Of a stretch of 64,000 nt of DNA, positions 1-11,164 are shown in pieces. Each line of letters starts with the position of its first letter. Positions within the stretch are counted from its first letter, which is position 1. The notes beneath the pieces are model-generated. The model ran no database searches. It was given only the letters and a program-made list of their open reading frames with translations, and was not told the origin of the DNA. The DNA lies in NCBI GenBank assembly GCA_036172245.1, contig JAYWIR010000038.1, positions 1-64,000 of the forward strand, given 5' to 3'. Source of the stretch: Raillietiella orientalis. Lineage: Eukaryota. The translations under genes were made by a program, and so were the position numbers.

Positions 1-448
1 CAGTCATGTGGACCACCACGGAGCGGTCCATAGATACTGGCAGGATCTTGCGGCCGTCTACGTTCAGCGGCGCATGGATTAGGCGGTGAGCCAAGGTGAC
101 ATCTTTGCAGACCACCTCGACCCGCTGCCCGCCGCTGAGGACGGAGAGGCCGTCCAGATCCTTCTCATTAACATTCGCGTCCTTCAACGCTTTGCTGAAG
201 GCGCGCGCTGTCCGGCCGTCGAACAAGTTGCCTACCTGGTAGACAAGCGATGGCTTGTACCCGGAGGCCTTGTATGCGGCCATCTCCGCCATGGCTGCTG
301 CGCTGGGCGCGGCCACCATGGCGCTCCATGTCCTCGGCGTGGCCGGGGATGATTCCGGGGCGGCTGCCCCTGCTCCAGTAGGCTGTGGGGGCGAACTAGC
401 CTCCCCCACTCCCACCTCCATCGCGGTGTCCTCTGGCGTCGTGGCCAT
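1..448 (-). CDS. Retrotransposon ORF1 (gag-like nucleic-acid-binding protein), N-terminal part, open to the window edge
   Basis: Manual translation gives MATTPEDTAMEVG...YKPSLVYQVGNLFDGRTARAFSKAL...LSVLSGGQRVEVVCKD...ILPVSMDRSVVVHM. This is collinear with the ORF1s at 760-1674 and 31321-32922. It is absent from the ORF track because there is no stop in the window. Confidence 0.85.
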   Translation of the reverse strand, partial: MATTPEDTAMEVGVGEASSPPQPTGAGAAAPESSPATPRTWSAMVAAPSAAAMAEMAAYKASGYKPSLVYQVGNLFDGRTARAFSKALKDANVNEKDLDGLSVLSGGQRVEVVCKDVTLAHRLIHAPLNVDGRKILPVSMDRSVVVHMT

Positions 449-543
449 TGGACACCGACGATGTACACAAAACAATACACACAAGAAAGCGCTTTCCTAC
501 TACCCTTTGAGGAGTGAAGGAAAAACACGTCCTCCTACTGGCC
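1..543 (-). mobile_element. 5' end of Tx1/L1-like non-LTR retrotransposon (copy E0); runs off the window
   Basis: The minus strand begins near 543 with ..GTAGGAGGACGTGTTTTTCC (the family 5' motif), followed by a short UTR and the ORF1 ATG at 448. It truncates ORF1 of copy E1. Confidence 0.8.
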
Positions 544-1936
544 TGGAGGGGGCTGGCTGCAACGAGGCTGCCAGCTCCTCCGCGGCTCGCGCGAAGGCTA
601 CGTCATCGATGGTGGTGTCGATGACGGACGCCGCCGCCGGCTCGCTCCCCTCGCTGTTGACAGAGTCAACAGAGGGGAGGTCGTCGGTAGCGGCGAGTTC
701 TTTCAGGCAGCGTTTGGCAACATCGAGAACGCGTTCGACAACGACGCTGCACTCTTTAATTATCGCGCTACCCTGCTCTTTCTTCTTCTGTTGGTAGGCG
801 ATTTTCTTTTCCATCCTCCTCGCCTTCTTTGATTTTTTGGCCGTTGCCACTTGCCACCCAGTCTCCTGGCCGGCTCCCTCAACTTTTTCGGCGTTTTTCG
901 TGGGGTCTCGGATGCGGTCTGGGTCTTGGGCGCGGGTGGCACAGCCTTCGCGGCAGCTTTCGCCGCCAGCCTTTTCTGCAGAAGCCGGGCGCGTTTTTTA
1001 AGGTTTCTCTTGGAAACCACCCGCACTGCTGCTTTTGGGCACACCTCCCTCGTGTGACCCATTGTGCCGCATACTTGGCACTGCACGTTGGGACACCTCT
1101 TTTTGAGGTGGCCCGACGTATTGCAGAAGCCGCAGTATTTCGGCTTCCCCACATACCAGAGGTCGACGGTTTCGCCTTCGACCACCAGTTTGTGGGGAAG
1201 AGTGCAGCCCTCCCGAACGGTCACGCGCGCAGAAGTGAGGGCGTGTTGCAGTTTTGTGTAGTCCTCGAAAGGACTAACTTTCGTCCACTGCGCGTGGACC
1301 GTTCCGTATTCCTCCAACGCGGCGCGAACCTGTTCCTTGCGCATCCGCGCGGTAACACCTAACAGGTGGACCACCATGCTGCGGTCCGCCGTAATAGGGA
1401 GGAGCCTGCGCGTCCCCTTCACCACGGGGGTTTTAAGCAGTCGTTGGGCCAGCTCTGCTTGTTTGCAGATGACCTCAACGTACTGACTCCCGCTGCGGAT
1501 GGTCATAGCGCTGAGCTCCTCCTCTTTCACATCGAGAGCGCGCATGCCCTTCGAGAAGTCGCGCGCGCTCTCTAAAGAATATAAATTGCCTACCTCGTAG
1601 AACAATGAGGGGTTGTACCCCTTCTCTACATAGGCCGACAATTCCGCCGCGGCTGCTGGCGATGGCGCCGACACAACGGCGCTCCACGCCCGCGCTGCAG
1701 CGGAGACCGATTATGTGGGGGCGGATGCCCCCACCTCCATCGCCTCTGGGAGCCACGTTGCCGCCGCCCCCTGGCTCTCCATCGCCTCTGGGGGCGGCGT
1801 TGCCGCTGCCCCCTGGCCATCCCTGGTTATCGCGTCAGGCATCGCTGCCTGATCGACCACCGAACCACACGACGCTTGCACTGGGGGAGACTTCCTGGCA
1901 CGAGGAGCACCGAGAAAACACGTCCGCCCTAGAGCG
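544..1936 (-). mobile_element. Tx1/L1-like copy E1: 5'UTR + disrupted ORF1
   Basis: The 5' end CGCTCTAGGGCGGACGTGTTTTCT is at 1936 and the ATG (MPDA..) at 1842. There is an in-frame stop at 1711-1713 and a frameshift near 850. Two CCHC knuckles: CGFCNTSGHLKKRC and CQVCGTMGHTREVC. Confidence 0.88.
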
Positions 1937-3997
1937 CACAAGGCGGTCGACTGCGTGGATCAGTATCTTCTTCTGGAGCTCCTGGAAAGCCTCGGTCTCC
2001 CGGTGCACCTCGTGGCCTATTTGGGCGCTTGCTGGCGCCACGCGGTCATTCCCATCTCTTTTAGCGGCTGCCACGTGTACGGCGTGCCGGTGCGGCGGGG
2101 CATCAGGCAGGGAGACAGCTTAAGCCCGGTGCTCTTCAGCATCTTCTTTGAGTTGACGCTGAGGGCGTACAGGCTGACGCTGGCCAACCTGCCGAGCTCT
2201 TGTCCAGGAACACCGTCCGTGCCGTCCTATGCTGACGACCTGCTTCTCCTCTCACCCATGACCACCCCGGCGTCCAGTCTTGAGGATTTCTTCGAGCTGA
2301 TTCGCCGGGGAGCGGGCATGAGCGTAAACTGGAGCAAGAGCGTGGTCGTACCTATTGGTGCGGCGTGGGAGGGGCAGTCCGACTGGATCCGCCTGGGGAT
2401 CCCGACCGCTTGGTCTTTCGAGTACTTAGTCGTCCCGCTGGGAAACATCAGGTCAGTGGAAGCGTGGTCGGACTGCCTTCGGAAGGCTACGAGTGCTCTG
2501 AGCCCGTTCCATCTTGGCAGGTTTTTCCTGTCGGAGCGGGCCGCGATATGGAACACCTTCATTGGCCCCCTCTTGCGCCCCCTGCTTTTTGTTTGCCCGC
2601 CCCCCTACTCGGCCAAGCTCCAGGCGCACAGCCTGTTGAAGAACGCTCTGTGGGGACCTGCGAGGTCCAGGATCCGCGTGAAAGACTTGGCGGCTGCGCG
2701 TCGGGATGCTGGCTTAGGCATCCTGACGCTGGAGGGAATCGAGCTGCAGGTGCAGCTTCGGATGTTGGCCCTGTGCGCCAACATTTGGACCACTCCGTGG
2801 TGCACGCCCGCGCGCCTGCTCCTGCGGCGCTGCACCGGCAGCGATGGACTTTTGTCGCTGCGGCCGCACACGGAGCGGCCCACGACAAGTTTCGGTTTCC
2901 CTTTGAAACCCCTCTACCGGCTCCTGGCAGCCCAGGAATGAATCTCCTGCCGCCCAACGAACTTTGAAGCCTGGCGGCAGGAACCGTTGCATGCCTGGGC
3001 AAAGCAACAGGATGTTTCCCTTCTGGAACTTCGTTGCGCTCACCTGTCCCCGTACTGCACGGTGGATGAGGTCTGCAGCAGCCAGGAGAAGTGGACCGGC
3101 CTGGCCCTCACCCCCCTCGCCGACGCACTGTCAGCCCTCAGGGCAAGAGATGACAGTTGCGAACCGGCGAGATGGGAGGTCGCCTGCACCATCTCAGGAA
3201 CAACGCGACCTATTGGAGGCTGGGAGACTTGCGAGCTGGCGGACGCGGCCACACCTCGCCACGTTCCGAAGGGACTCCTTCGGTGGAGAGAACACTTGAG
3301 TGTGCCCCCCGAAGAACTTGTGGTCCCTCCCTTTTGTTTGAACACTTCTGTGTTCCCCCTTTCGTGGAAGCAGGACGTCATCATGCTGGTGCACTGGGGT
3401 TTTCACTCCAACCAGTGTTTCCGGGGGAGTTGTCTCTTGAAATTGTAAGCAATGCTGGGAAGTATAAACGCTCCCGCACCTGCTCCTGGACTGCGGTGCC
3501 CTTCTAGGTCTCTGGCGGAGGCTGGCCTCAGCTCTCCTGCACCAGGGGGACACCGCGAGGGACTTGATGCGCCGCTTCTTCACGCCAGGCGTTGTCGTTG
3601 CAACCGTGTGTCTCACCCGCGCCATCGACAAGGCCCACCGAGAGTTGGAGAAGCTGGCCATCGTTCGTCAGCCCACCGGATTAGCCAGCGCAAGCATGTC
3701 GTCGGCAGCCGAGTGGGCCCATCTGCCACAGGACGTGAGGAGAGAGATCGCCGGCATCCATCGCCGGTTTTGAAAGGAAGGAACGGACTCACCAAAGACC
3801 CCTGTCCCCTGCCCACCACATTTTTATTTTTATTTTTTATAGTAGTGTATTTGTGGTCCCCTCCCTCCCTTCCGGACTTTCGGCATACCAACCTGCGTGT
3901 CGGGGATCCCACCCCCTTCGCCTCTTATTTTTCCCTTTGTCCAGAAACTCTGTTCCCGGATAGTTTTTAATAAACGCCCCGGCGCACCCGGGTGATA
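1937..3997 (+). mobile_element. Tx1/L1-like copy E2: RT core to 3' end (frameshifted pseudo-ORF2)
   Basis: Starts at HKAVDCVDQ and contains GIRQGDSLSP, YADD and FEYLVVPL. It continues through shifted frames 2987-3448 and 3564-3773, then a T-rich 3'UTR and AATAAACGCCCCGGCGCACCCGGGTG at 3969-3994. Confidence 0.9.
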
Positions 3998-4399
3998 AAC
4001 AGTAGACTTTCTTTTCTCTAGATGAAACCCGCACCTCCACCAGAATACATGACCTTTCTGACTTCTCCAGTTTCCACCTGTGCTTGAGAACATCAACGGA
4101 CCACTCTGCCCGCGGCTCCTACCATGCCTCACGCATCAAACCAGTGGTCTGTAACGAACTGTCCGATGACTATCGAGGAGCAACGCGGTTCCTCCTTGAA
4201 TCAACTCTGACTTGTGGGTCCACCACAAGATAGAGAACGCGAATGAAAAGGAAGCACGGTGGGAACGAAAGCGATTACCGGAAAGAAGACGTCTTCGAGA
4301 GAGAAGAGACTGCGCTTCAAGTAGTCGCTGCTTGCTGTTTCCGCTTCCGCGTCCACTAAGCAAGAGGTCGTCTCCTGTCATTTTCAATTCGTTCTAGTT

Positions 4400-7300
4400 T
4401 GTAAGCGCGCTTTGGAACGCGCATGGTCTCGTTACCGAGAATGGTCCCACGAAACCTCCATGAGTGTTCACGTGCACCTCTGTTTTCCTGAGTAGCAACA
4501 GCACCTTACCTTCTTCCCGATGAGCAGGCTCCAATGTTTCGGACTTATGCCCAGAAGAGTCATGTTCAGCATCCGAGGTTCACCGTCCAAGGAACGAATC
4601 CACGCCGCCATCTTCCTTCTTTCCGGTACGAGAGATCCCACCGGAGCTTCGCAGGCGATCCGCTTGCCGTGCGTTCAAGATGACTCCCCCCAGTCAAAGA
4701 CATGAGACATGCATCACGCCACCGACGAAGTCGCGACCTCCTTCGCACCGTTTCCCGGATACACTCATCGGGCGGACTCTCAGAGAATGCGATGGCGCAC
4801 CGCACAGATGAGCAGAGCGCACTCGGGGATGGGAGCGCCTCTGCTTCTCTCATAACATAGTTGCAGATGAATCCCATTTGAGAGTCAGGTGGAACGCATG
4901 GACTAGACAGATGGGAGATCACTGGTGCTGCCCCTACGTGAGTAACCGGTATTCTCGAGGAAGCTCATGGGTTGCTCCCATGGCAGCAAGATGCTGGCAT
5001 CAAAGACCTCCGTCTTGACCTTAAAATCCTTTTACAGCTCTCGTGGCCAGTCCTTTCAGGACCTCTCATCTGTCTCATTTCTCCTTCAGCCATGATGGAT
5101 TTTTTTTCTCCGTGCAGCTGTTATCTGCGTGATCCAGAATTTTCCGTGTTCACGTGTAGCTCTCATGTCCTACCCTCTTTCCGAAAGAGCTGCTGCGTTG
5201 GTGGAGCAACAGTGCGATCCCTCCACTTAAGCGCCAACTGTCTCTTTTTTCGAGCATCCACCTCCAGCATTTCTTGTTGACAATCGAGCAGACCCTCAGT
5301 ACGCTACCATCATATGACAGGTGACTCCCACGTACGCAGATCCATGTCCTGTGAAGACATACATAAGAGGAATTGGTGGTCACCAGCTCTGCATCCCCCA
5401 GTCGAATTTACGGTGCGGCCATTTCAATGGAGTTCCGAAGGCATCAGTGCCGCTCCTGGCATGCAGGGCTGCTGAGCCCTCGCTGCGCAGAGTGCTTCTC
5501 GTCTTGCGTCCGGGAATCTCCAGAAGAGGTTCTTGGTATCTAGCGGGAGTTCTCTTAGGGGTTTCAGAGAGAATGTCCACGTGAGCACCCCTCGGAGGAA
5601 AAAAAACCTTATGGTGCTCTTCGCCATCCGTGTCCTCTGCCGGACGACCGGAAACACCGCTAGTAACTCCAGCTGCATACAGTCTGAGGATTCGAGAATC
5701 CACCTTAGAAATCTGGAGTCTACCACCGGCGGCATGTGGAATTGGCCTGCTGGGTGGAAAGCAGAGGATGGGGGCTCAAGGGAGGGCGTTTGCCAACAGA
5801 GATTTTCTGCCTCTTCCTCCTCCGCACCTGCTTTCACGTCGAAGATCGCGTTCCTCCTGAACTCAATGAGCCATAGGCTGTTCCTTTGCTCCGCGACCTG
5901 GGATGCCTCGGACAAGTCCTGCCACTTCCGGGATGAACCCCGTCCCGAGCCGTCTTCGACGCGGCTCTCCGTTCAGCTCTCCGCCAAGGACTGCCTTCGC
6001 CTCATCGCTCAGTTGGCGAGCTTTCTTTTGGAGAACTTTCTGAAGAGTTCCTAGAAAACACCCTTGGCGTGCGGATTCGTGGGCGCCAAGAAGAAAGGCG
6101 TCGTCTCTCTCGGAAGAAACATGGATGCTTGCGGACGGAGGACTGCAGACTGTCGACTGCGAGCCACACCCATTGGATGCAGCCGGAGGAGAAAGGAGAG
6201 TCAACGGACTTCCGTAAGGTCAAGTACGGCGCCCCATGGCAGCCGACCACAGCCATCGGGCTGAAACCGCGCCACGATCAGCTGAAACGGCACAGAAGGT
6301 CCAATTGCCGCCTCTTTTCAGGGGGGAGCGCTGCCTTTGGCCCTCGGGCCGGAAGGCTTCTTCGTGCTACTCCGGCTGGGTCACTTCATGCCAGCAGGAT
6401 CTGAAGAGATGTCGCAAGGGAGTTGGCTGGGCTCCGGAGAGGTCTGCCCGGGAGAAGGGATTACAAACCCTCGTGCACGTCGCGAATCACTGCTCGCGGG
6501 GTCCCTCATGGACATCCGGGGTCGCAACGTGCTCCTAACAGGTAAAGGCGGCTCCGGGAGGCAGCTGGAATGTGGTTGCGTGGGAGAAGGTCTTTTCCGC
6601 AGCCAACTGCATTCAGAATCGGTCTCCGCTCCGATGGAGAAGAATGGTCGCTTTGAACGTCGCCTACTCCATGGTTGACACCCTCTAGAGCGTTAGGAAG
6701 ACACGACAAAGACGTTCGCGTGGGGCGCCGCGAGGATGAGACCTCCGCGCGTAGCACCACCAGGAGTCGCGGGTTCGAATCCCGTCCGAAGAAGGATCGA
6801 CGCCGAGAAAAAGGGGCCATGTCGTGGGTTGGAAGTTCCCCCTGTAAGATAACTCTGGTTGGTCCATTCGGGTGCGGCGTCGGTGGAAGTCGGATGCCCT
6901 CGTTGACTGGCCGAAACAGGGAATCGACGGGTCCTTGCAAAAATCAAGGAGCCGGTTCCCTTCCGAATTTCACTCCGGTTGTGCAAATGGGGCTCTTCCC
7001 TTTCTCGAAAGAGGAGCCTCTATTCGTACGACGGGGCTGATTGGTTCTCCCCTCGGGGTCCGTTTCTCTCCAGTGTTACGGAAAGGCGCTGCTTTCTCCG
7101 AGGTTCTCTTCAGAGAAGGAGGAAATAAGGAGCGGTTCCCTGCCGGATCCCCCCTTAGAGAGCAAATAATGCAGTGGCCCCCTGGAGGGAACTCCTTTGG
7201 AGAGAATAAGGAAGTGGTCCATTTCCGTATTTCCTCCGGATACAACCAGGGCAAGGGATCCTTTCAAGGCTCCTTTCCGAAGCGTAAGAGAGAAATGGAT

Positions 7301-7440
7301 CCCCTCCTGGATCCACAAAGTACTCCCTGCGAATTTGACTTCAAGCCTAAAGAGTCACACGCACCCTCAGGTGGCGTGGACAGTGCTGAAAGATAACTGC
7401 GAGACCCTGGGAAGGAAACCGACGGCTCTTCAACACACCT
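4400..7440 (+). pseudogene. Highly decayed LINE ORF2 relics (endonuclease/RT fragments)
   Basis: Scattered motif remnants: LWNAHGL at about 4410, REGVCQ/DFLPL near 5780, SAKDCL (YADD-like) near 5980 and KVKYGAP near 6220. A minus-strand C-terminal relic lies near 4700-4920. Confidence 0.4.
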
Positions 7441-7560
7441 TGTGAGCCAAAAAAGAAAAGGAAAACCTGGAAGAAGAAAAAAGAGCTAAAAGGGGAGCAA
7501 CGAAGACAGAAAAGACCCCAAAGGGACTTCCACCCTCTGCGGCGAAGTTCATTCTTTTCC

Positions 7561-8400
7561 CGCTCTCGAAAGGTGGATCTGTGTCTGTTTAGTGTGGGGA
7601 GGGTTGTGGGGATGCGGACGCGGTGCAAGGCGTGAATGCCTGAAATTACTACGAGGAATAAACAAGGGGAAGCGTCCACCTCCCCCAAGCCGGTGGTGGG
7701 GTTGTTACCGCTCCCACAGAGCTGCATCCCGCGCACGGGAAGCCATGCGGTGCCTCGGCTGCTGCACCTTCAGTGGCAGCCATGGCCGTGCGGCAGCCTA
7801 CCTGGAGGGGGGGTGGAACCCCAGATCCTTATACAAGGCAGGCAGTCTTTATTCTCTGGTTACCGCGCGCTCCTTTGCAAAGGAGCTGCGCCGTCCCAGC
7901 GTGAGAAAGAAGGAGCTCCAGGGACTCTCCATTCGGAGCGGGAAGCAGCTCATGGAGTTGACCTGCAAAGACGCGGATCCGGCTCGGCGGCTGTCGAGAG
8001 CTCCCGTCCCAATGGGTGGAGAGCAAACTCCCCCCTGTCATGGTGGATTGCTCTTTGGTGGTCCACCTAACGAGAACAGCTGTCAGAATGGCGAGACGCC
8101 GTTCGGACCAAATCTGCGCAATGAAGCGCCGTCCACGTGCTGTGGGTTAAGCCCAGTCCCTTCGAAGGCTTCGGGTGGGTCATCAGTGGCCTAGCCGAAG
8201 CGCGCATCTCGGCCCCCGTGGACAGCGGCCTTTCCCACAGACTGAGGATCGGTGACGAGTTTATCGATCTACGGTTTGTGGCGAAACTCAAATGCTGAGG
8301 ATACGGCTGCTCTTCAGGACATCTCGAAAGGAGGTGACCATTGAGTGTTTGCAGCGCCAAAACAAGGGAGAGAATGGAGTGAATAAGTAATAACGGGAAA
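7561..8400 (+). pseudogene. Retrotransposon 5' end + decayed ORF1
   Basis: CGCTCT at 7561, ATG CCT GAA at 7636, and YLEGGWNPRSLYKAGSLYSLVTARSFAKEL...LSIRSGKQLMELTCKDA, which matches ORF1. Contains frameshifts. Confidence 0.8.
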
Positions 8401-8689
8401 AAGCAATGAAGAGCGCGGACAACTCGGAAGCTGATTGGGAGGTTTTGTAGGGACACTCGGGTTTCCATCCCGAGGGTCCTTTGAAAAACTTCCCGTCCAA
8501 AAGGACTCCTATGCTGGGGGGAGCAACTAAGAATTCCTCTTGAGGAGGTGAAGGGGTCCTCAGCGTCCTGGAAGAGTGCAACCCTCCCCCTAAAGTGGCA
8601 GCATTCGGCGATCCTGCTGTTGCATCGGGGCCTTTTTCCCGTGCAACCCCCGCCGACATCATGGGACCCGGTTAAGTGAAAGCCCGCCC

Positions 8690-9277
8690 TGCAGCAGTCG
8701 CAGCGCGAGAGACCTTCCCACACCTGCTAGTGGAATGTTGCCCTCTGCCCCTTGTGAGGAGCGTTTTGCCACGCCCCTGCGGATTTCCGTTGGGAACACC
8801 AGAGATGGCTTGAAGGGCCTCTTCCTGCGCGACACCCTTACGCCGGTTGCACCCCTAGCGGCACTGTGTTGCCTTCGCAAAATTGTGGCTGCATCGAGCT
8901 ACGCCAAGGAAGTGCAGAATGACAGGAACCTGTAGGTATTTTGTGGTCCTCTTCTTGAGGGCAGTTCCACCTGGGAGTCTTGGAAAAGGAACTTGCCAGC
9001 ATTCTTCCAAGAAGGCAGAGGACACCCTCCAGCACGCGGTGATCCCTAACCGAACCCCCCAATTTTTTTTTGGAGTTTTCGTTTTATTTTTCTCTTTGTT
9101 TGTATCCCCTTCCCCTCTGCTGCCGAGAAGAACCTCGTCGGCCAGCGAGCCGGTTCTGGGCACGTTCCTCTTTGTATATATATGTAATGTGGCAGGATCA
9201 AATGATAGTGATAACATTCAAGATAGTGATCTTGAATGTTTATTTCATACTTAAATGCCCCGGCGCAACCAGGTGAC
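8690..9277 (+). mobile_element. 3' fragment of the same LINE family
   Basis: ETFPHLL..LFLRDTLTPVAPLAALCCLRKIVAA, the 3'UTR motif CCCCTCTGCTGCCGAG at 9112, and the terminal TAAATGCCCCGGCGCAACCAGGTG at 9252-9275. Confidence 0.8.
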
Positions 9278-9399
9278 TATCCAAGGCCGAAGGACGTGCA
9301 TCGTGCTTGCTCCTGGGTCGGCTCAGTTTTTAGATCAGTTTATGAATAGTGTGGAGATTCGGTAGTGGGAGAAGGCAGTAATGCCTAAGACACCATCAA

Positions 9400-11130
9400 G
9401 CAAGGCCAGGAGGTCTCCCCATGCGCAGCGGGGATCAGCTCGTCGAGCTGATCTGCAAGGAGGCCTGTCTGGCTCAACGGCTACTGAGGAATTCCGTCGT
9501 GATGAGAGACAGGAAGACACTTCCCATAACGATGGATTCATTCATAGGGGTCCATCTCATCGAAATCCATAACGGTTCATCTCACCGAAACAGCCTCGGC
9601 TTGGTCCGAATGACCAAGGAGGCCATCCAGGGCGAACTTACGAAAGTCGGAACGGTGTACACGCTGCGCGTCAAGATCGCCCCGTTCGAAGGGTTTGGTG
9701 GGCTATTTTGTGGCCTCACCGCAGTGCGGATAACCGTCCGCGGAAGACTTGCATTGCTCCATCAACTCGAAGTCGCCCCTACCACGTGTGCGTGGGCGGA
9801 AGAAACCTTCCTAGCTCGGCACTACCCTTGCTCAGGGAGCAGCTGGGCAGTAGCTGGTCGGCTAAATGGAAGTTCAGCTGTGAAGTCAGTTAGTGGAGAA
9901 AGAAAATAGATGTTTGGACTTCTGGCCAGCTTGCGGTCGCTGCGACCTTAAGTGCACCACCTAAAAGACTATTGCTCTGGGTTGAGCTGCTTAGAATCCC
10001 ACGGGAAGATTTCAAGTGGCCCCCGGCACTGAAGAACAGCCAAGCCCTCCCCCTGTAGGGGCAGGTATCGGCACTTCTACTGCTCTGGGGTCTCCATCAG
10101 CAATGCTCGCCGATTCCATTAGACAGCGGGCCTGTGGATTCAAACTGCTGCAGGTGCGAGGAACGAAAGCCCCTCACGCAGTTGCTTATTGACAGCTGCC
10201 TCCCGGTCCCTGTGGTTGCGATTCGCAGCAACTCTTCAGGCACCGACGGACAATCCCAGGAACGTGATGAAGAGCCTCATCGTGCGCGATGCCCTTCCAA
10301 CTCCCTCATCCCCAGAAGCTCTTTGCTACCTAAGGGGGATTGCGGTGGCCTGGAGCTACACTAGAGATGGACGGTACGACAGGGACGCCATCTGCTTCGC
10401 CCTACTCTTCCTGAGAACGGCAGCTAGTTGGCCCCACCTGGAGCACACTTAGATGGATGCCGGTATCCTTTGAAGGATGCAGAGGACACCCTCCAGCAGA
10501 CAGTGCCCCCCAATGTTTTCTAATTTTTTTATCAACTTTTGTTTTTATTTTTGTTCGACACTCCGCTGCCGAAGTGAACCTCTCTTGTCTCCCTGGTCGT
10601 CTCTTTCTTGGCAGGTTCCGAACATTTTCGGACGTTGTTGGGCTAATGGTCCGACACTTGTACGTTTATTTTTCATATTTTGATGTATGTATATATTTCT
10701 TTATTTTTCATTACCAGGTGATAACCACCAACATTAATTTACCCGGGGAACCGGTCGAATTGCGGTACATAGAGAAGCCGAAGCATTACGTGCATTGCAA
10801 CACTTCGAGGCATATGAAAAAGGGGTGTTCCCAAATACAGAGTCAGGTGTTGGGAGTAATAGGACACTCTCCCAAGGTATCTCCCCGAGAAACGTGCGCG
10901 TCGCGGCTGCTAAAAGCAGCAAAGAGCGCGCGGCAAAATAAGAAAAAAATAGCTGCGAAAAAAGCTTCTTCTGCAGCACCAGAGAAGGCTACTGCTACAG
11001 AAGAAGCCAAACACAACAGAGTGGAAGCGGCGAGGAAAACGGCCGGGACGCTGCGTGGCAGCAGGTAAAATAAGAACCAAAATCAAAAAGGAAAGAAAAA
11101 GAAATCGCGAAACACGGAGAAACTACGGCT
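9400..11130 (+). pseudogene. ORF1 relic split by a nested 5'-truncated LINE
   Basis: RSGDQLVELICKEACLAQRLL...LLHQLEV (to about 9776) resumes at about 10745 as GEPVELRYIEKPKHYVHCNTSRHMKKGC. Compare LPHKLVVEGETVDLWYVGKPKYCGFC in E1. Confidence 0.78.
9778..10725 (+). mobile_element. Nested 5'-truncated LINE 3' fragment
   Basis: AWAEETFLA.., SLWLRFAATLQAPTDNPRNVMKSLIVRDAL..WPHLEH, the 3'UTR motif CTCCGCTGCCGAA at 10561, and the terminal remnant CCAGGTGATAA near 10714-10724. Confidence 0.75.
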
Positions 11131-11164
11131 CAATGCGATTCCATAAAAAATAGATGCGTAATCC

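Noticed and set aside
1735..1820. Two tandem 42-bp units in the E1 ORF1 N-terminus
   Set aside because: A simple coding duplication in a disordered region, not an array or CRISPR.
500..3997. Head-to-head ORF1/ORF2 junctions (1936 and 33006) as twin-priming 5' inversions
   Set aside because: At 33006 the flanks rejoin into one continuous ORF2 with a TSD, which shows nested insertion. The same intact 5' motif at 1936 favours the same explanation there.
6765..6790. tRNA T-arm/B-box-like GCGGGTTCGAATCCCGT
   Set aside because: There is no convincing A box, acceptor stem or anticodon arm, and it lies in a decayed LINE-like region. Probably chance; tRNAscan-SE would settle it.
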